NCBI GenBank assembly: GCA_040081625.1
Contig: JBEBGD010000029.1
Location: forward strand, 1-53,357
DNA from: Chthoniobacteraceae bacterium
GTDB taxonomy: Bacteria > Verrucomicrobiota > Verrucomicrobiia > Chthoniobacterales > Chthoniobacteraceae
Length of the DNA: 53,357 nucleotides
Direction: 5' to 3'
Shown: positions 30,918-41,030 of the stretch, piece by piece
How the letters are laid out: the number at the start of each line of letters is the position of its first letter
How positions within the stretch are numbered: the first letter of the stretch is position 1
Translations under genes and position numbers: made by a program
The notes under the pieces: generated by a model
What the model was told of the DNA's origin: nothing
The model's input: only the letters and a program-made list of their open reading frames with translations
Database searches by the model: none

Positions 30918-32504
30918 TCACTCCTGCGGGCGGATGGATTCGAAGTAGCGCTTGATGAGGAAGCGCGAGCCGAGCGGGATGTTCTCCTGCTGCACGGAGT
31001 CCTGCGCGGCGGCGGCCGCGGCGTCGTAGAGATCCTTGTAGCGGCGCGCGGCACGCGACTGGTCGGCGGCGCCGGGCAGCATCATCGAGAGTGTCTCGCC
31101 CTGGCCGAGTTGGCCCTTGAGCGCGAGTTCTCCACCCTTGTCCTGCGCGCTGCCTTTCTCGCCAAAGGGCGTGACGCTGGTGCCGAGGTCGCGGTCGCTG
31201 CCGGGCTTGCCGCCCGGGCTCTGCGCATCGCCGGGTTGAGGCTGGGCGTTTGGATTTCCGGCGGAGAAGTTTTGGATGGTGAGCTGCTGGCCGTCGCCGG
31301 TTTTTTGTCCGCCGGGGTTTTGCGGGTTCTGGCTCTCACCGTCGCCGAACTTCATGTTCTCGAGCGCGGAGATGAGTTCCTGCATCGTCATCTGGCGCTG
31401 GCTGGAGCTGTCGCCGGGCTGACCTCCGCGCTGCGCCTGCTGGAGCATCTGCGCGAGCTGTTGCATGGCCTGTTGCGATGGCGACTGTCCGCCGCGCTGC
31501 TGCATCTGCTCGGCGAGATTCTGGAGCGCCTGCGAGAGGCGGCGGCGGTCGGCGAGGTTTTGCACTGCTTCGCTCAAGGCCTTCTCGACCTGCTCCTCGG
31601 TGGCCTGGTCGGCGCCGGGTTGCGGCGATTGCTTCGCGCGCTCGAGCGCGCGCTGCGCTTCGGCGAGGTTGTTTTCGTTCAGAGCCTTGAGCACGTCCTT
31701 CATGCCGGGCATCGGCGCGAGCGCTTTCGCGAGTTCCTTCATCTCGTCGGCGGGGGAGGGCTGGCGCTGAATGTCGCGCATCATCTCCTCGAGCGCGGAG
31801 AGTTCGCGAAGCGCGGATTTCTGCGCGTCGCCGGGTTTGGCCTCAGCGCGGAGACGCTCGGCGCTGCGCTGGAGTTGATCGGCGAGCTTCTTCAATTCCT
31901 CGTCCTTTGTGCGCTCGTGCGCCTGCTGCACTTTGCGCGCGAGCTGCTCGATCTGCGCGACGGTGTCGGCGACAGCGGCCTGCGCCTGTCCGGCGGTGGT
32001 GCGCGCGGCGGCGCGATGCACGGCGAAGTCGAGCCGCAGCAACGCGATGGCGACCAGCGGCACCACCAGCCACACGCCGACGCGCGGCGGGTGGAGCGGA
32101 ATGAGCGGACGGAAGTCGGCGCGGGCGAGAAATGTTTCGCACTCGGCGCGCGCGAGCGCGGCGACTTCGCCCGCGGGCGCGCGGGAGAGAGCGAGCGCGG
32201 TGATGAGCCGGTCCTTGGTCCCGCCGCGCCGGTCGGCGAATGCGGCGACGCATTCGAGTGAACGCCGTCGCGCGAGCACGATGACCGCGGCGACGAGCAC
32301 GACGCACGCGACGGCTGCCGCGAATACTTCCACCGTGATGAGCGGCGGCATCCGCAGAAAACGCATCACCGCCTCGACCGCGACGAGCGACGCGCCGGAG
32401 ATCAACGCGCAGGCGGCGAGCGCGTCGAGAAACTCGCGGACGATCAAGCGCCGGCGCAGGCTGCGCAGGATCGCAAAGACATCGGCACCCGGGTTCGTCT
32501 TCAA
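30918..32504 (-). CDS. Membrane-anchored coiled-coil, Gln/Gly-rich hypothetical protein upstream of MoxR
   Basis: Three N-terminal hydrophobic segments; long helical repeats; Q/G-rich linker; C-terminal 'IP...R..IKRYF' motif; TTG start. Confidence 0.75.
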   Translation of the reverse strand: MKTNPGADVFAILRSLRRRLIVREFLDALAACALISGASLVAVEAVMRFLRMPPLITVEVFAAAVACVVLVAAVIVLARRRSLECVAAFADRRGGTKDRLITALALSRAPAGEVAALARAECETFLARADFRPLIPLHPPRVGVWLVVPLVAIALLRLDFAVHRAAARTTAGQAQAAVADTVAQIEQLARKVQQAHERTKDEELKKLADQLQRSAERLRAEAKPGDAQKSALRELSALEEMMRDIQRQPSPADEMKELAKALAPMPGMKDVLKALNENNLAEAQRALERAKQSPQPGADQATEEQVEKALSEAVQNLADRRRLSQALQNLAEQMQQRGGQSPSQQAMQQLAQMLQQAQRGGQPGDSSSQRQMTMQELISALENMKFGDGESQNPQNPGGQKTGDGQQLTIQNFSAGNPNAQPQPGDAQSPGGKPGSDRDLGTSVTPFGEKGSAQDKGGELALKGQLGQGETLSMMLPGAADQSRAARRYKDLYDAAAAAAQDSVQQENIPLGSRFLIKRYFESIRPQE

Positions 32505-32641
32505 AGCGCCCGCACGCTACCGCGCTTTGCAGGCCGTGCCAGCAACGAAAGCGCGCGCAGCTTTGTCCAAAGCTGCGCATTTGTGCTGACCGGCTTTCGC
32601 TCTAAGAATCCGCGCTTCTTTTGCCTCTCTCCACCGACTTG

Positions 32642-33523
32642 ATGATTCCCATTTCAGCCCGCGCCCTACCGCTGCTCCTCGCCGTCGGCGCGCTGCACGC
32701 GGCGCCGATCCCGGCGGTGCCGAAGGACGAGCAACTCAGGCTCGCCCAGCAGGTGCGCGACATCTTCGAGGCGAAGTGCCTCGATTGCCACGGGCCGGAG
32801 TTGCCGCGCCCGAAGGGCAAGTTCGGCTACGTGCTCGACCTCAAGCGCATGGCGGATAATGCGGACTACGTGACGCGTGGCGACCCGGAGAAGTCGGAGC
32901 TCTACTTGATGGTGCGCGACGACGAGATGCCGGGCGAAGATGCGAATGTGCCGCCGCTGACGCCGGAGGAGAAGGACATCGTGAAGCGCTGGGTGGAGAT
33001 CGGCGCGCCGGGCGAACTGCCGGCAGAGAAGGAAGCGCCGGCGGTGACGGTGAGCGAGACCGCTGGGATCGAGATGCCGACGTGGAAGCGGCTGATCCGC
33101 TGGATCGGTCGGTTTCATCCTGTGTCCACGCACTTCCCCGTGGGCTTGATGATGATCGCCGTGGTCGCCGAGGGCCTCGCGTGGTGGACGCGGCGGGAGT
33201 CATGGATGCAGACGGTGCGCTTTCTCGTGATCTTCGGCGCGCTCGGCGCGCTCGCGGCGGCGGGGCTCGGCTGGGTGAATGCGTCGTTCACCAGCTACGT
33301 GGGATCGTCGGCGTCGATCCTGAAATGGCATCGCTGGCTCGGCACGTTCACGGCGCTGTGGACGGTCGCGTGCGCGGCGCTCTCGGTGATGTCCGAGTGC
33401 AGGGAAGGCTCGCCGGAGCGCCAGCGTTTCCGCGGGACGCTACTCGTCGGCGCGACGCTGGTGAGCGTCACCGGATTCCTCGGCAGCGCGCTGATCTACG
33501 GGCTGGACCACTACGCGTGGTGA
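32642..33523 (+). CDS. Exported Planctomycete-type cytochrome c domain fused to a C-terminal DUF2231-like membrane domain
   Basis: Signal peptide; CLDCH; 'GDPEKSELY...EMP' distal Met; 'KRWVEIGA'; then 'GRFHPVSTHFP', 'HRWLG', 'G..GSALIYG'. Confidence 0.82.
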   Translation: MIPISARALPLLLAVGALHAAPIPAVPKDEQLRLAQQVRDIFEAKCLDCHGPELPRPKGKFGYVLDLKRMADNADYVTRGDPEKSELYLMVRDDEMPGEDANVPPLTPEEKDIVKRWVEIGAPGELPAEKEAPAVTVSETAGIEMPTWKRLIRWIGRFHPVSTHFPVGLMMIAVVAEGLAWWTRRESWMQTVRFLVIFGALGALAAAGLGWVNASFTSYVGSSASILKWHRWLGTFTALWTVACAALSVMSECREGSPERQRFRGTLLVGATLVSVTGFLGSALIYGLDHYAW

Positions 33524-33524
33524 G

Positions 33525-34442
33525 TTAGCCCGCGTTCCCGAGCGGTGGCGGTTTCGACATCTGCTCGACGGCTGAGAGCTGCCCGATCAGGTCGCTCTTC
33601 GGCGGCATCATGGTGATGCGCGCCTTGCCCTCGACGATCTTTTGCGCCTCGAGGATGTCGAACATCGCGCGGAGCACGTCGCGATCCTGGCCGATCGTTT
33701 GCAACGCCGCGCCGACGATCTGCGGACGCATCGCGGCGGCTTTTGCAAACTCGACCGCAGCCTGGCGGTCCGCCGTGCTGGTGATGATGCCGACCTGGTT
33801 GGCGCCGTCCTGCTTGATCGCGCTGGTCACCTGCCGCAGCCGGTTGGTCACCTTTTCCTCGATGCCGCGGATCATGGCCACGTCGCGGAAGTGAACCTTG
33901 CGGATATAGACGCTGCCGAGATCGAAGCCCCACTCGCGCGACTTCGGCGCGACTTCCGCGCGGACCGAGCGCGACATCGCGTGACGGTTTTCGAGCATTT
34001 CCTCGAGCCGCATATTGCTCAGGCAGCGCACGGCGGCGCTCGAGACGTTCGCGAGCAGCGAGCCGCGCGGGTCGGAGTTTTTGAAGAGGTAGCCGACCGG
34101 GTCGCTGATCCACATCTCATACCAGACGCCGATGCCCATCGGCGCGCCCTCCTGCGAATTGACGGCCTGGCCGCGGAGATAGACCTGATCGAGCCGGCGA
34201 TCGACGACGTAGCGTTTGCCCATCCAGATGACGATGAACGCCGCGGGGCCGATGTGAATGGGGAGGATGTAAAAGCCCGGCTCATCGAGCACGGCGATGA
34301 CCTTGCCGAAAAGCACGTAAACGTGCGTGGTGCCTTCCTCGACGATCGCGTAAACACCGAGCACGCGGATGATCGCGAAGATGATCGGCACCACGATCAT
34401 CAGCCCGAAGAAGGTGGCGCCGGCAGCAATGAGGAAGTTCAT
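33525..34442 (-). CDS. SPFH/Band 7 domain protein
   Basis: N-terminal TM; 'LFGKV...EPGFY'; 'WGFDLGSVYIRKV'; C-terminal helical region; start ATG 34442. Confidence 0.8.
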   Translation of the reverse strand: MNFLIAAGATFFGLMIVVPIIFAIIRVLGVYAIVEEGTTHVYVLFGKVIAVLDEPGFYILPIHIGPAAFIVIWMGKRYVVDRRLDQVYLRGQAVNSQEGAPMGIGVWYEMWISDPVGYLFKNSDPRGSLLANVSSAAVRCLSNMRLEEMLENRHAMSRSVRAEVAPKSREWGFDLGSVYIRKVHFRDVAMIRGIEEKVTNRLRQVTSAIKQDGANQVGIITSTADRQAAVEFAKAAAMRPQIVGAALQTIGQDRDVLRAMFDILEAQKIVEGKARITMMPPKSDLIGQLSAVEQMSKPPPLGNAG

Positions 34443-35401
34443 TTCGCTTCCTCCATGATGACGTGATTCGCTTCGCTGTAGAGTCTCAGCCGCACGTTTC
34501 GGAGGTAGGCGGCGAGCACATCGGGGCCGCTCTCCTTGAGCGTGGCGAGCTGCCCGGCCATCGCGAGGAGCGGCTCGACTTCGGCCTGCGCATTGAGCGT
34601 CTCGATCTCCACGGCGCGCTTGCTCTGCACGATTTTTTGATCGGCGTGCGCCTGCGCGACGCTGATGTCGCTGGAGACCTGGTTGTGCGCGGTGTTGATC
34701 GCCGCGAGCGCGCTCTCGACATCGTCCGAGGGCTCGATGCCGGTGATCAGCGAGGCGTCGAGATGCACGCCGTAGCGCGCCGCGGCGCTCGCGCACTCGC
34801 GTTCCATGTGTTCGTTGAGCGAGGAGAGGTTTTTCCGGAGGTCGTTGATCGACACGCCCACGACGGCCGTCTCGCTGTTGGCTGGCGCCTCGAAATTCGC
34901 GATCCGTTCCCGCAGGATGCTGATGAAGTATCCCATGACGTGCGCGAGTGGGTTGCGCACGCCGAAGAACCACGCGTAAAGATTTCGCTCCGAGACGCGG
35001 AAGCGGAGCTGCCCGGTCAAGGCGGTGTCGAGTTGATCCTTCGTCACGGCGTTGAGCTTCGTGCCGCCTTGGTTCGCAGTCGGCACCTCGGGATCGTAGG
35101 CCATGCTGATCGTGTTCACCGCAATGCTGACTTTATACACGCGCTCCCACGGCCATTTGAAATACGGGCCGCCTGCCGGGATCATGCGCACCTGCGGATA
35201 GACGAACCGGTCGCGCTCTTCGGCGTTCAGCGACTCGGAGATTGGGTCGTCGTGCGTGGTCGCCTGGCCGATGCGTTGCGCGCGGCCGAAGCTGGTCTTC
35301 ACGGCCCGCTCGTTTTGCTGCACCACGAAGATGCCCGCGACGAGGTAGCGCACGAGGAACCAGGCGATGAATCCGGCGATCAGTCCAGCGATGATGTTCA
35401 T
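34439..35401 (-). CDS. SPFH/Band 7 domain protein
   Basis: N-terminal TM; 'VVQQNERAVKTSFG'; 'GPYFKWPWERV'; 'VTKDQ'; 'YGVHLDASLITGIEP'; start ATG 35401. Confidence 0.82.
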   Translation of the reverse strand: MNIIAGLIAGFIAWFLVRYLVAGIFVVQQNERAVKTSFGRAQRIGQATTHDDPISESLNAEERDRFVYPQVRMIPAGGPYFKWPWERVYKVSIAVNTISMAYDPEVPTANQGGTKLNAVTKDQLDTALTGQLRFRVSERNLYAWFFGVRNPLAHVMGYFISILRERIANFEAPANSETAVVGVSINDLRKNLSSLNEHMERECASAAARYGVHLDASLITGIEPSDDVESALAAINTAHNQVSSDISVAQAHADQKIVQSKRAVEIETLNAQAEVEPLLAMAGQLATLKESGPDVLAAYLRNVRLRLYSEANHVIMEEAK

Positions 35402-35514
35402 GGGTGTAGATGGATTTGCGGCAGGCTTTAGCGAGTTGAGCAAGCGAGGGGAAGCGGCGAATTGCGCGCAGACTTCGCTGGCGCGTGCCGGAGCGCGTCG
35501 CCAGATTCCGCCGC

Positions 35515-36135
35515 GTGACGCCCACCCAACGCACCGCCTATCTCGAAGCCGCCGAACTCGCGAAGTGGAAGCCTGCCGACTACTTCCGCGAGACGCCCGT
35601 GGGCGAGTTCTTCGCGCGCCCCGCGCCGCTCGTGCTCGACCTCGGCTGCGGCGATGGCGGCTTCCTCATCGCGATGGCAAAGCGGAACCCGGAGGAAAAC
35701 TTCCTCGCCACCGAGCGGCTCCCGAGTCGCGTGGAGAAAGTCGCGCGCAAGATCGCGCGCAGCGGACTCGCAAATGCGCGCGTGCTCGAACTCGAGAGCC
35801 ACTACGCCGTGCGCTGGCTGCTGCCGGCGGCGTGCGCGTCGGTCGTCTATGTGCTGCACCCGGACCCGTGGCCGAAGCGGCAGCATCATCCGCGGCGGCT
35901 GATCCAGGTGGAGTTCATGGAAGCCGTGCATCGCGTGCTCGCGCCGGGCGGTGAGCTTCGAGTGAAGACCGACGACAAGCCGTATTTCCAATGGATGGAG
36001 AAGGTCTTCGCGCAGTGTCCGCAGTTCGAGCGGCTGGAGTGGGACGAACCTGCCGACTGGCCGCAGACGGATTTCGAGCGCGATTTCGTCGCGAAAGGCC
36101 TGCCGATCTACCGCGCGCGGCTGCGGAAAGTCTGA
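35515..36135 (+). CDS. trmB: tRNA (guanine-N7)-methyltransferase
   Basis: LDLGCGDG, PDPWPKRQHHPRR, KTD, TDFE; start uncertain (GTG 35485 or GTG 35515). Confidence 0.92.
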   Translation: MTPTQRTAYLEAAELAKWKPADYFRETPVGEFFARPAPLVLDLGCGDGGFLIAMAKRNPEENFLATERLPSRVEKVARKIARSGLANARVLELESHYAVRWLLPAACASVVYVLHPDPWPKRQHHPRRLIQVEFMEAVHRVLAPGGELRVKTDDKPYFQWMEKVFAQCPQFERLEWDEPADWPQTDFERDFVAKGLPIYRARLRKV

Positions 36136-36138
36136 GCC

Positions 36139-37419
36139 CTATTCCTTCCCGCGCGTGTCGGCCTCGATCTGCATCAGCGCGAGTTTGCTGCCGTCCTTCA
36201 CGATGATCTTCCCGTCGGTGTAAGCGGGCGAGGCCCACGTTTTCGCGGCGACCTGCGCGCGGCCGAGTTCCTCGTATTTGTCGCCACTTGCGCGGACGAG
36301 TCGCAGCTCGCCGGTAGAGTCGAGCACGAGCAGCTTGTCGTTCACCGCGGTGATGCTCGCGTAGTCGCCGAGCCCGGTCTCCTTCCACTTCTCGGCGCCG
36401 GTCTTCGCGTCGAGAGCCACGAGGTCGCAGCGATTGCCAGGGCCGACGGTGAAGAGCGTGTCGCCGACTTGCGTGCCGGTGCTGATGATGGTTTTGACGG
36501 CCAGATTTTCCCAGGCCCGCTCGGCCTTAAACTCCGCGCCCGACTTCACGATGCGAAAGCGGATCGTGCCGATGCTCGACGACGCGACGGTGACGGTGTC
36601 GCCATCGATGAGCGGCGTGAAGACGTGCCGCTTCGCGCCGGTCTTGAGCGGCTCGCGCCAAAGGATCTTTCCGCTCGCGACATCCACGCCCATGAGCGCG
36701 TCGCCGGTGAGATGCAGCACCTGCCGCACTCCGGCGAGCGTGCCGACGACGACGCTCGAATACGCCGTGTTGTCATTGCCCGCGGCCCAGAGCTGCTTGC
36801 CGGTCATTTTGTCGAAGGCGATGAGCGTGCCCTTATCCACGCTGCCGACGGGGACGAAGACGCGGTTGCCGTCGATTGCCGCGCTGCCGTTGTTGCCATG
36901 CCGGCGCGAAGCGGTTTCCTTCGCGGCGGGATCGCCGCTCTTGTTGCCGAGGAAGGTCGCGCCGTAGTCCTTCCCGAAGCTCACGCCCCAGATGACCTTG
37001 CCATCCTTGAGCGAAAGGCATTTGAACTCGCCGCCGCACGACTGCGCATAGACGCGGTCGCCATCGACCAGCGGCGTGCATCGCGGACCTTCGCCGTAGG
37101 CGTTTTGAAATGTCACCATCGGCCCGATCGCGACGCGCCACAGCTCCTTGCCCGTATTCAGGTCGAGACAATGCGCCGTCTCCTGGTCATTCACGCCGTC
37201 CATGAAAATCACGCGATCGCCCGCGATGACCGGCGACGACTGGCCCGGTCCCGCTTCGATCGACCACAGCGTCTTCGGCTCGGCCGGCAGCGCGTCGAGC
37301 TTGTGCGCGGGATCTTTCACGACGCCCGTGCGATCGGGTCCGCGCCACTGCGGCCAATCGACAGCGAGTGCGGTGGAGGCGAAGATGAGGGCGAGCGAGG
37401 TGCGGAGGAGCGGATTCAC
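36139..37419 (-). CDS. Exported PQQ-binding-like (BamB-like) beta-propeller protein
   Basis: Signal peptide then DWPQWRGP; repeated 'LDxxTGKxLW'; SSPV; YSS; WASPA. Confidence 0.9.
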   Translation of the reverse strand: MNPLLRTSLALIFASTALAVDWPQWRGPDRTGVVKDPAHKLDALPAEPKTLWSIEAGPGQSSPVIAGDRVIFMDGVNDQETAHCLDLNTGKELWRVAIGPMVTFQNAYGEGPRCTPLVDGDRVYAQSCGGEFKCLSLKDGKVIWGVSFGKDYGATFLGNKSGDPAAKETASRRHGNNGSAAIDGNRVFVPVGSVDKGTLIAFDKMTGKQLWAAGNDNTAYSSVVVGTLAGVRQVLHLTGDALMGVDVASGKILWREPLKTGAKRHVFTPLIDGDTVTVASSSIGTIRFRIVKSGAEFKAERAWENLAVKTIISTGTQVGDTLFTVGPGNRCDLVALDAKTGAEKWKETGLGDYASITAVNDKLLVLDSTGELRLVRASGDKYEELGRAQVAAKTWASPAYTDGKIIVKDGSKLALMQIEADTRGKE

Positions 37420-37476
37420 GGGCGCGTTCTTATCGAGGTCTGCGTCGCGGGCAAGCCGCGCAGTGGTGGGGTTGGT

Positions 37477-40400
37477 TCATTCTCCCTGCAACGCGAACCA
37501 CGCCTTCATCTGGTAGCTGCAATGGCACTTCGATGAGCCGTCGGGCACGAGCACGAGGCCGGCGGCGGGGATGGCGTTGATCCAGCAGCTCGGGCGGATG
37601 CCGCCGTAGTTCTCGGTGCCTTCGGTGCGCGTGAGGTCGATGTAGCCGAGCGTCGCGGAGCGAAAGAGCATCAGGTTGCGGCTCGCGGAGATCTGGCCGC
37701 AGCCGTAGGAGCGGTTCATCTCCCACGTCACGGGCGCGCCGGTCTTGAGATCCCACGAGCCGCCTTGCGCGTAGATCTTGTCGTCGTTGATGAGCGGGCG
37801 CGTTTGATACTTCACCTGCTGCTCCCAGAGCTTCGCGCCGGTGCGGATGTCGAAGCCGCCGAGTCGCCCGCCGACCTCGGAGGGCAGCTCGAAAAAGTTA
37901 TGTCGCACCGCTTTGTAATTCATCAGCAGGATGCCGTGCTTCGCGCTGACGGCGATTTGCGTGCCCCAGATGTCGGCGTCGTTTTTCCACGCGATCTTTC
38001 CGGTGGTGGCGTCGAGCGCGAGCAGCGTGCCGTTGGGCACGGCGTCCGCCTTGAGCCTCGGCGCGGACTTTCCGTCGCGCTTGGGATTCACGACGCGATC
38101 GGCTTCGACGATCGGGCGGTCGATGAGATAAACGCGCTCCCCCGCGATCGCGATCGAGTTGTGCCGGATCGAGCCTGTCGGCTGGTATTGCCACTTCACC
38201 GCGCCGCTCTCCGGGTCCATGGCGAAGAACGACACCGACTCGGTGCGGAGGTTCGTGAGCTGATAACGCGGGCTCACGTTGTGCGCCTGGTTTTCCACCG
38301 AGCCGAAAAGCACGCCACCCTCCCACGCGAGGTAGCCCCAGTTGCGATTCGTCGCGTCCGCCGCGACCGGCGTGGTGAATTCGCGGCGCAGTTTGCCGGT
38401 GACGAGATCGATGCGCAGGCAGCGCGCGCCCGCCTTCACATAGACCGAGTCGCCGCCGATGCAGAACGGCCCGCCGGTGTCGCCGATGCCCACGTCGTGA
38501 TGAATGCCGTCGTAATCGGCGAGCAGTTCCTTGAGCTCGAATTCCCAAAGCTTGCGCCCGTTGTAAGCATCGAGCCCGCACAGCCCGTGCACGCCGCTGA
38601 CGACCATCACGCCTTGCGAGACCAGCGGCGCGGGACCGTTGCCGTGGCGATTGGCGACCTCGAAATCCACGTCGCGAAACCAGAACATCGAGAGCTTGCC
38701 TTTGATCACTTCGTCGTCGGAGCAGAGCGTGTTGGAAGCGTTCGCGTTTTGGTGCGTCCAATTGCCGGTGCCCGCGGGCGCGTCAGCTTTCTCGGCGACG
38801 AGCTTCCCACCGTGCCGCTGGCAAAGCACGCCCGTGTAAGGCCGGCGCATCCGCCGCATTTCGGCCTGCAACTTTTCGTCAGCCGCGGCGCGCGGACCGA
38901 TGATGAGATTCGCAAACTGCTTCGGAAACGCCGTCGCATCCAGCGCGGAGACGATGACGCTGACGCGCGTGCCGTAGAGCCCGGCGGCGGCGATCCGTTT
39001 GCGTGCTTCCGCCGCGTGTGCCGCGTCGGGCTCGACCGCGAGGATGTGCAGTTCCGATTGCCGCGCGAGTGCGATCGCGAGGTCCCCATTCCCCGCGCCG
39101 AACTCGACCGCAAAGCCCGCCGTGATCCCGCTCGCCGCGAGGATCGCTTTCGCTTCCGCATCCGCGGCATCGCTCGCGGGTGCAGCGGGCGTGGCGACTA
39201 CCGGACGCGGACCGGGATTTCCGTCGAAGAGATAAACTGCGCCACGATCGGTGGTCACGACGACGCGGCCATTCCCCGCCGCGAGCCCGAGCACGCGGCC
39301 GTCCACGGCGTGTCTCCACCACTGCGTGCGCTGGCTGTTGTAGTCGATCGCGGTGACTTGTCCGTCGCCGCCGACCACCGCTTCGCTCCCAGCGATGATG
39401 AACTCCGTCACCTCGCGATCCACGGGCACGATTTTCTCCTGCTCGAGCGCGCGCACTTTCTGCGGCTGGCCCTTGCGATCGATCTTCTCGATGTCCTTCC
39501 ACCGATAGCTCGCGAGCGAGCGTCCCTCGGCGCGGATCAGCCCGCCGGGCACTGCCACCGCCGAGCCCATGCCGAGCTGCGACGCCATCTCGCCCGCGGC
39601 CACGTCGAAGAGGCAGCCGGAGTTGAGGAAATACGCATCGGTCAGCACCGCGCGCGTGCCGCCGCGCTGCCCGTTCTTTTGCAGGTGATAGTAACGCAGC
39701 TTGCCGTCAGCGCGCTCGAACACCGCCGGCACCGCGCGCCCCGTGGGCACGATGAGCGCGTCGTCGGTCGCGAGCAGGTAGCCTTGCGGTGCGACGCCGC
39801 TGAGCGCCTCGGCGCCGCCGTGCGGCTGCTTCATCAACATGCGGCCCGTCTCGCTGTTCGACCAAAGCGGATGCCCCGTCGCCGCGTCGAGTGCGTGGAG
39901 AAAGACGCCGTCGCTTGGCCAGATGCCGCCCGCGTAATAAACCACGTCGTTCCAAATCACCGGCCCGCCGCGCGCGGGCCAGTGCGAGATCATCCGCTCG
40001 TTGCCGATTACGCGCGCCGGCTTCGGCCCCGCGCGATGTTTCCAAAGCACCGCGCCATCCGTGAGCGCGAGCGCGTAGAGCCAGCCATCGTCGCTCGCAA
40101 CGAAGACGCGATCCTTCCACGCCGCCGGCGCAAAGCGGATCGGCCCTTCGCTGAAAAACCGCCAGCGAATCGCGCCCGTCGCCGCATCGAGCGCATACAC
40201 CTGATCATCCGCGGAACTTCCGAACAGCACGAGCTCGCCGACGATGATCGGCTGGAAGGCGAGGTCGAAGTCGATGCGCTCTGAGGTGGGCCACGCGGGC
40301 CTCGGCGTCTGCGCGGCGCGGAACTCCCAGCGCAGCCGCAGTTGATTCGGAATCGTCTCCGCGGTGTAGCCGCTGCGCGCGGCGTCGGCGCGGTAGGTCG

Positions 40401-40485
40401 GCCAGTCCGCCGCGAGCGCGTTGGTCGAAAGGAGCGTGAGCAGTGCTGCGCTGCGGACGAGGGAGACGGTGAGGAGGGCTTTCAC
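37477..40485 (-). CDS. Large exported protein: PQQ-like propeller, class I SAM-methyltransferase-like domain, second propeller, Cys-containing C-terminus
   Basis: GTG 40485 gives signal MKALL...ALA/ADWPTYRAD; propeller repeats; 'AVEFGAGNGDLAIALA..SELHILAVEPD'; C-terminal 'RSYGC', 'RPSCW', 'CHCSY'. Confidence 0.85.
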   Translation of the reverse strand: MKALLTVSLVRSAALLTLLSTNALAADWPTYRADAARSGYTAETIPNQLRLRWEFRAAQTPRPAWPTSERIDFDLAFQPIIVGELVLFGSSADDQVYALDAATGAIRWRFFSEGPIRFAPAAWKDRVFVASDDGWLYALALTDGAVLWKHRAGPKPARVIGNERMISHWPARGGPVIWNDVVYYAGGIWPSDGVFLHALDAATGHPLWSNSETGRMLMKQPHGGAEALSGVAPQGYLLATDDALIVPTGRAVPAVFERADGKLRYYHLQKNGQRGGTRAVLTDAYFLNSGCLFDVAAGEMASQLGMGSAVAVPGGLIRAEGRSLASYRWKDIEKIDRKGQPQKVRALEQEKIVPVDREVTEFIIAGSEAVVGGDGQVTAIDYNSQRTQWWRHAVDGRVLGLAAGNGRVVVTTDRGAVYLFDGNPGPRPVVATPAAPASDAADAEAKAILAASGITAGFAVEFGAGNGDLAIALARQSELHILAVEPDAAHAAEARKRIAAAGLYGTRVSVIVSALDATAFPKQFANLIIGPRAAADEKLQAEMRRMRRPYTGVLCQRHGGKLVAEKADAPAGTGNWTHQNANASNTLCSDDEVIKGKLSMFWFRDVDFEVANRHGNGPAPLVSQGVMVVSGVHGLCGLDAYNGRKLWEFELKELLADYDGIHHDVGIGDTGGPFCIGGDSVYVKAGARCLRIDLVTGKLRREFTTPVAADATNRNWGYLAWEGGVLFGSVENQAHNVSPRYQLTNLRTESVSFFAMDPESGAVKWQYQPTGSIRHNSIAIAGERVYLIDRPIVEADRVVNPKRDGKSAPRLKADAVPNGTLLALDATTGKIAWKNDADIWGTQIAVSAKHGILLMNYKAVRHNFFELPSEVGGRLGGFDIRTGAKLWEQQVKYQTRPLINDDKIYAQGGSWDLKTGAPVTWEMNRSYGCGQISASRNLMLFRSATLGYIDLTRTEGTENYGGIRPSCWINAIPAAGLVLVPDGSSKCHCSYQMKAWFALQGE

Positions 40486-40602
40486 GGTGGAGACAATCCA
40501 ACGGGTCCGAAGTCCAAAGTGGCGATCGTGCGGAGGCGTTTTCGGGGGAACGCGCAGGCTGCCCGGACTACCGGCGCGATACCGGGACTCTGGCGAAGCG
40601 GT

Positions 40603-41030
40603 GAGGTGGACCGGGGACGCCGCGCGTTTTTTTCGCCGCACGAAGGTTAATTTTCGTCGGATGTGAACCGCCGAACTATCTACGAGCGTGCGGGCTTCCC
40701 GATCGTCCTCCCGATGAAACATCTCCTCCTGCTTATCCTTGCCCTCGGCGCCGTCGCGCCGAGCAGGAAAGCGAACCTCGCGCTGCGTCGCGACCGCTGG
40801 CTCTACATCGGCGCGCGTGGCGGCGGCGGCTTCACCGCGACGAAGCCAGGCGAGCATCTGCTGGGCGGTCCTGCTGCGCTGAAGTTCGCGGGCGAAGTGA
40901 ACAGCGATGTCGAGGACGGGCGCATCAAACCCGACGCGCCGGTGGAGCAACTCTACGATCTCGCCGCCGATCCGCGTCAGACGCGGAACGTGGCCCGCGA
41001 AAATCCCGCAATCGCGACCGGGCTGAAGGT
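40603..41030 (+). repeat. Diverged duplicate of the upstream region, signal peptide and 3' end of the sulfatase at 47373
   Basis: cgccgcacgaaggt..attttcgtcgg..cccgatcgtcct..atgaaac.tctcctcctgct shared with 47264-47416; the 3' part matches 48568 to about 48845. Confidence 0.9.

Noticed and set aside
37765..40284. 839-aa plus-strand ORF, and similar long antisense ORFs (11854-13305, 22653-24092, 25751-27319, 42216-43655, 47139-48878, 49509-51068)
   Set aside because: Each lies fully opposite a motif-supported gene and has no motifs of its own
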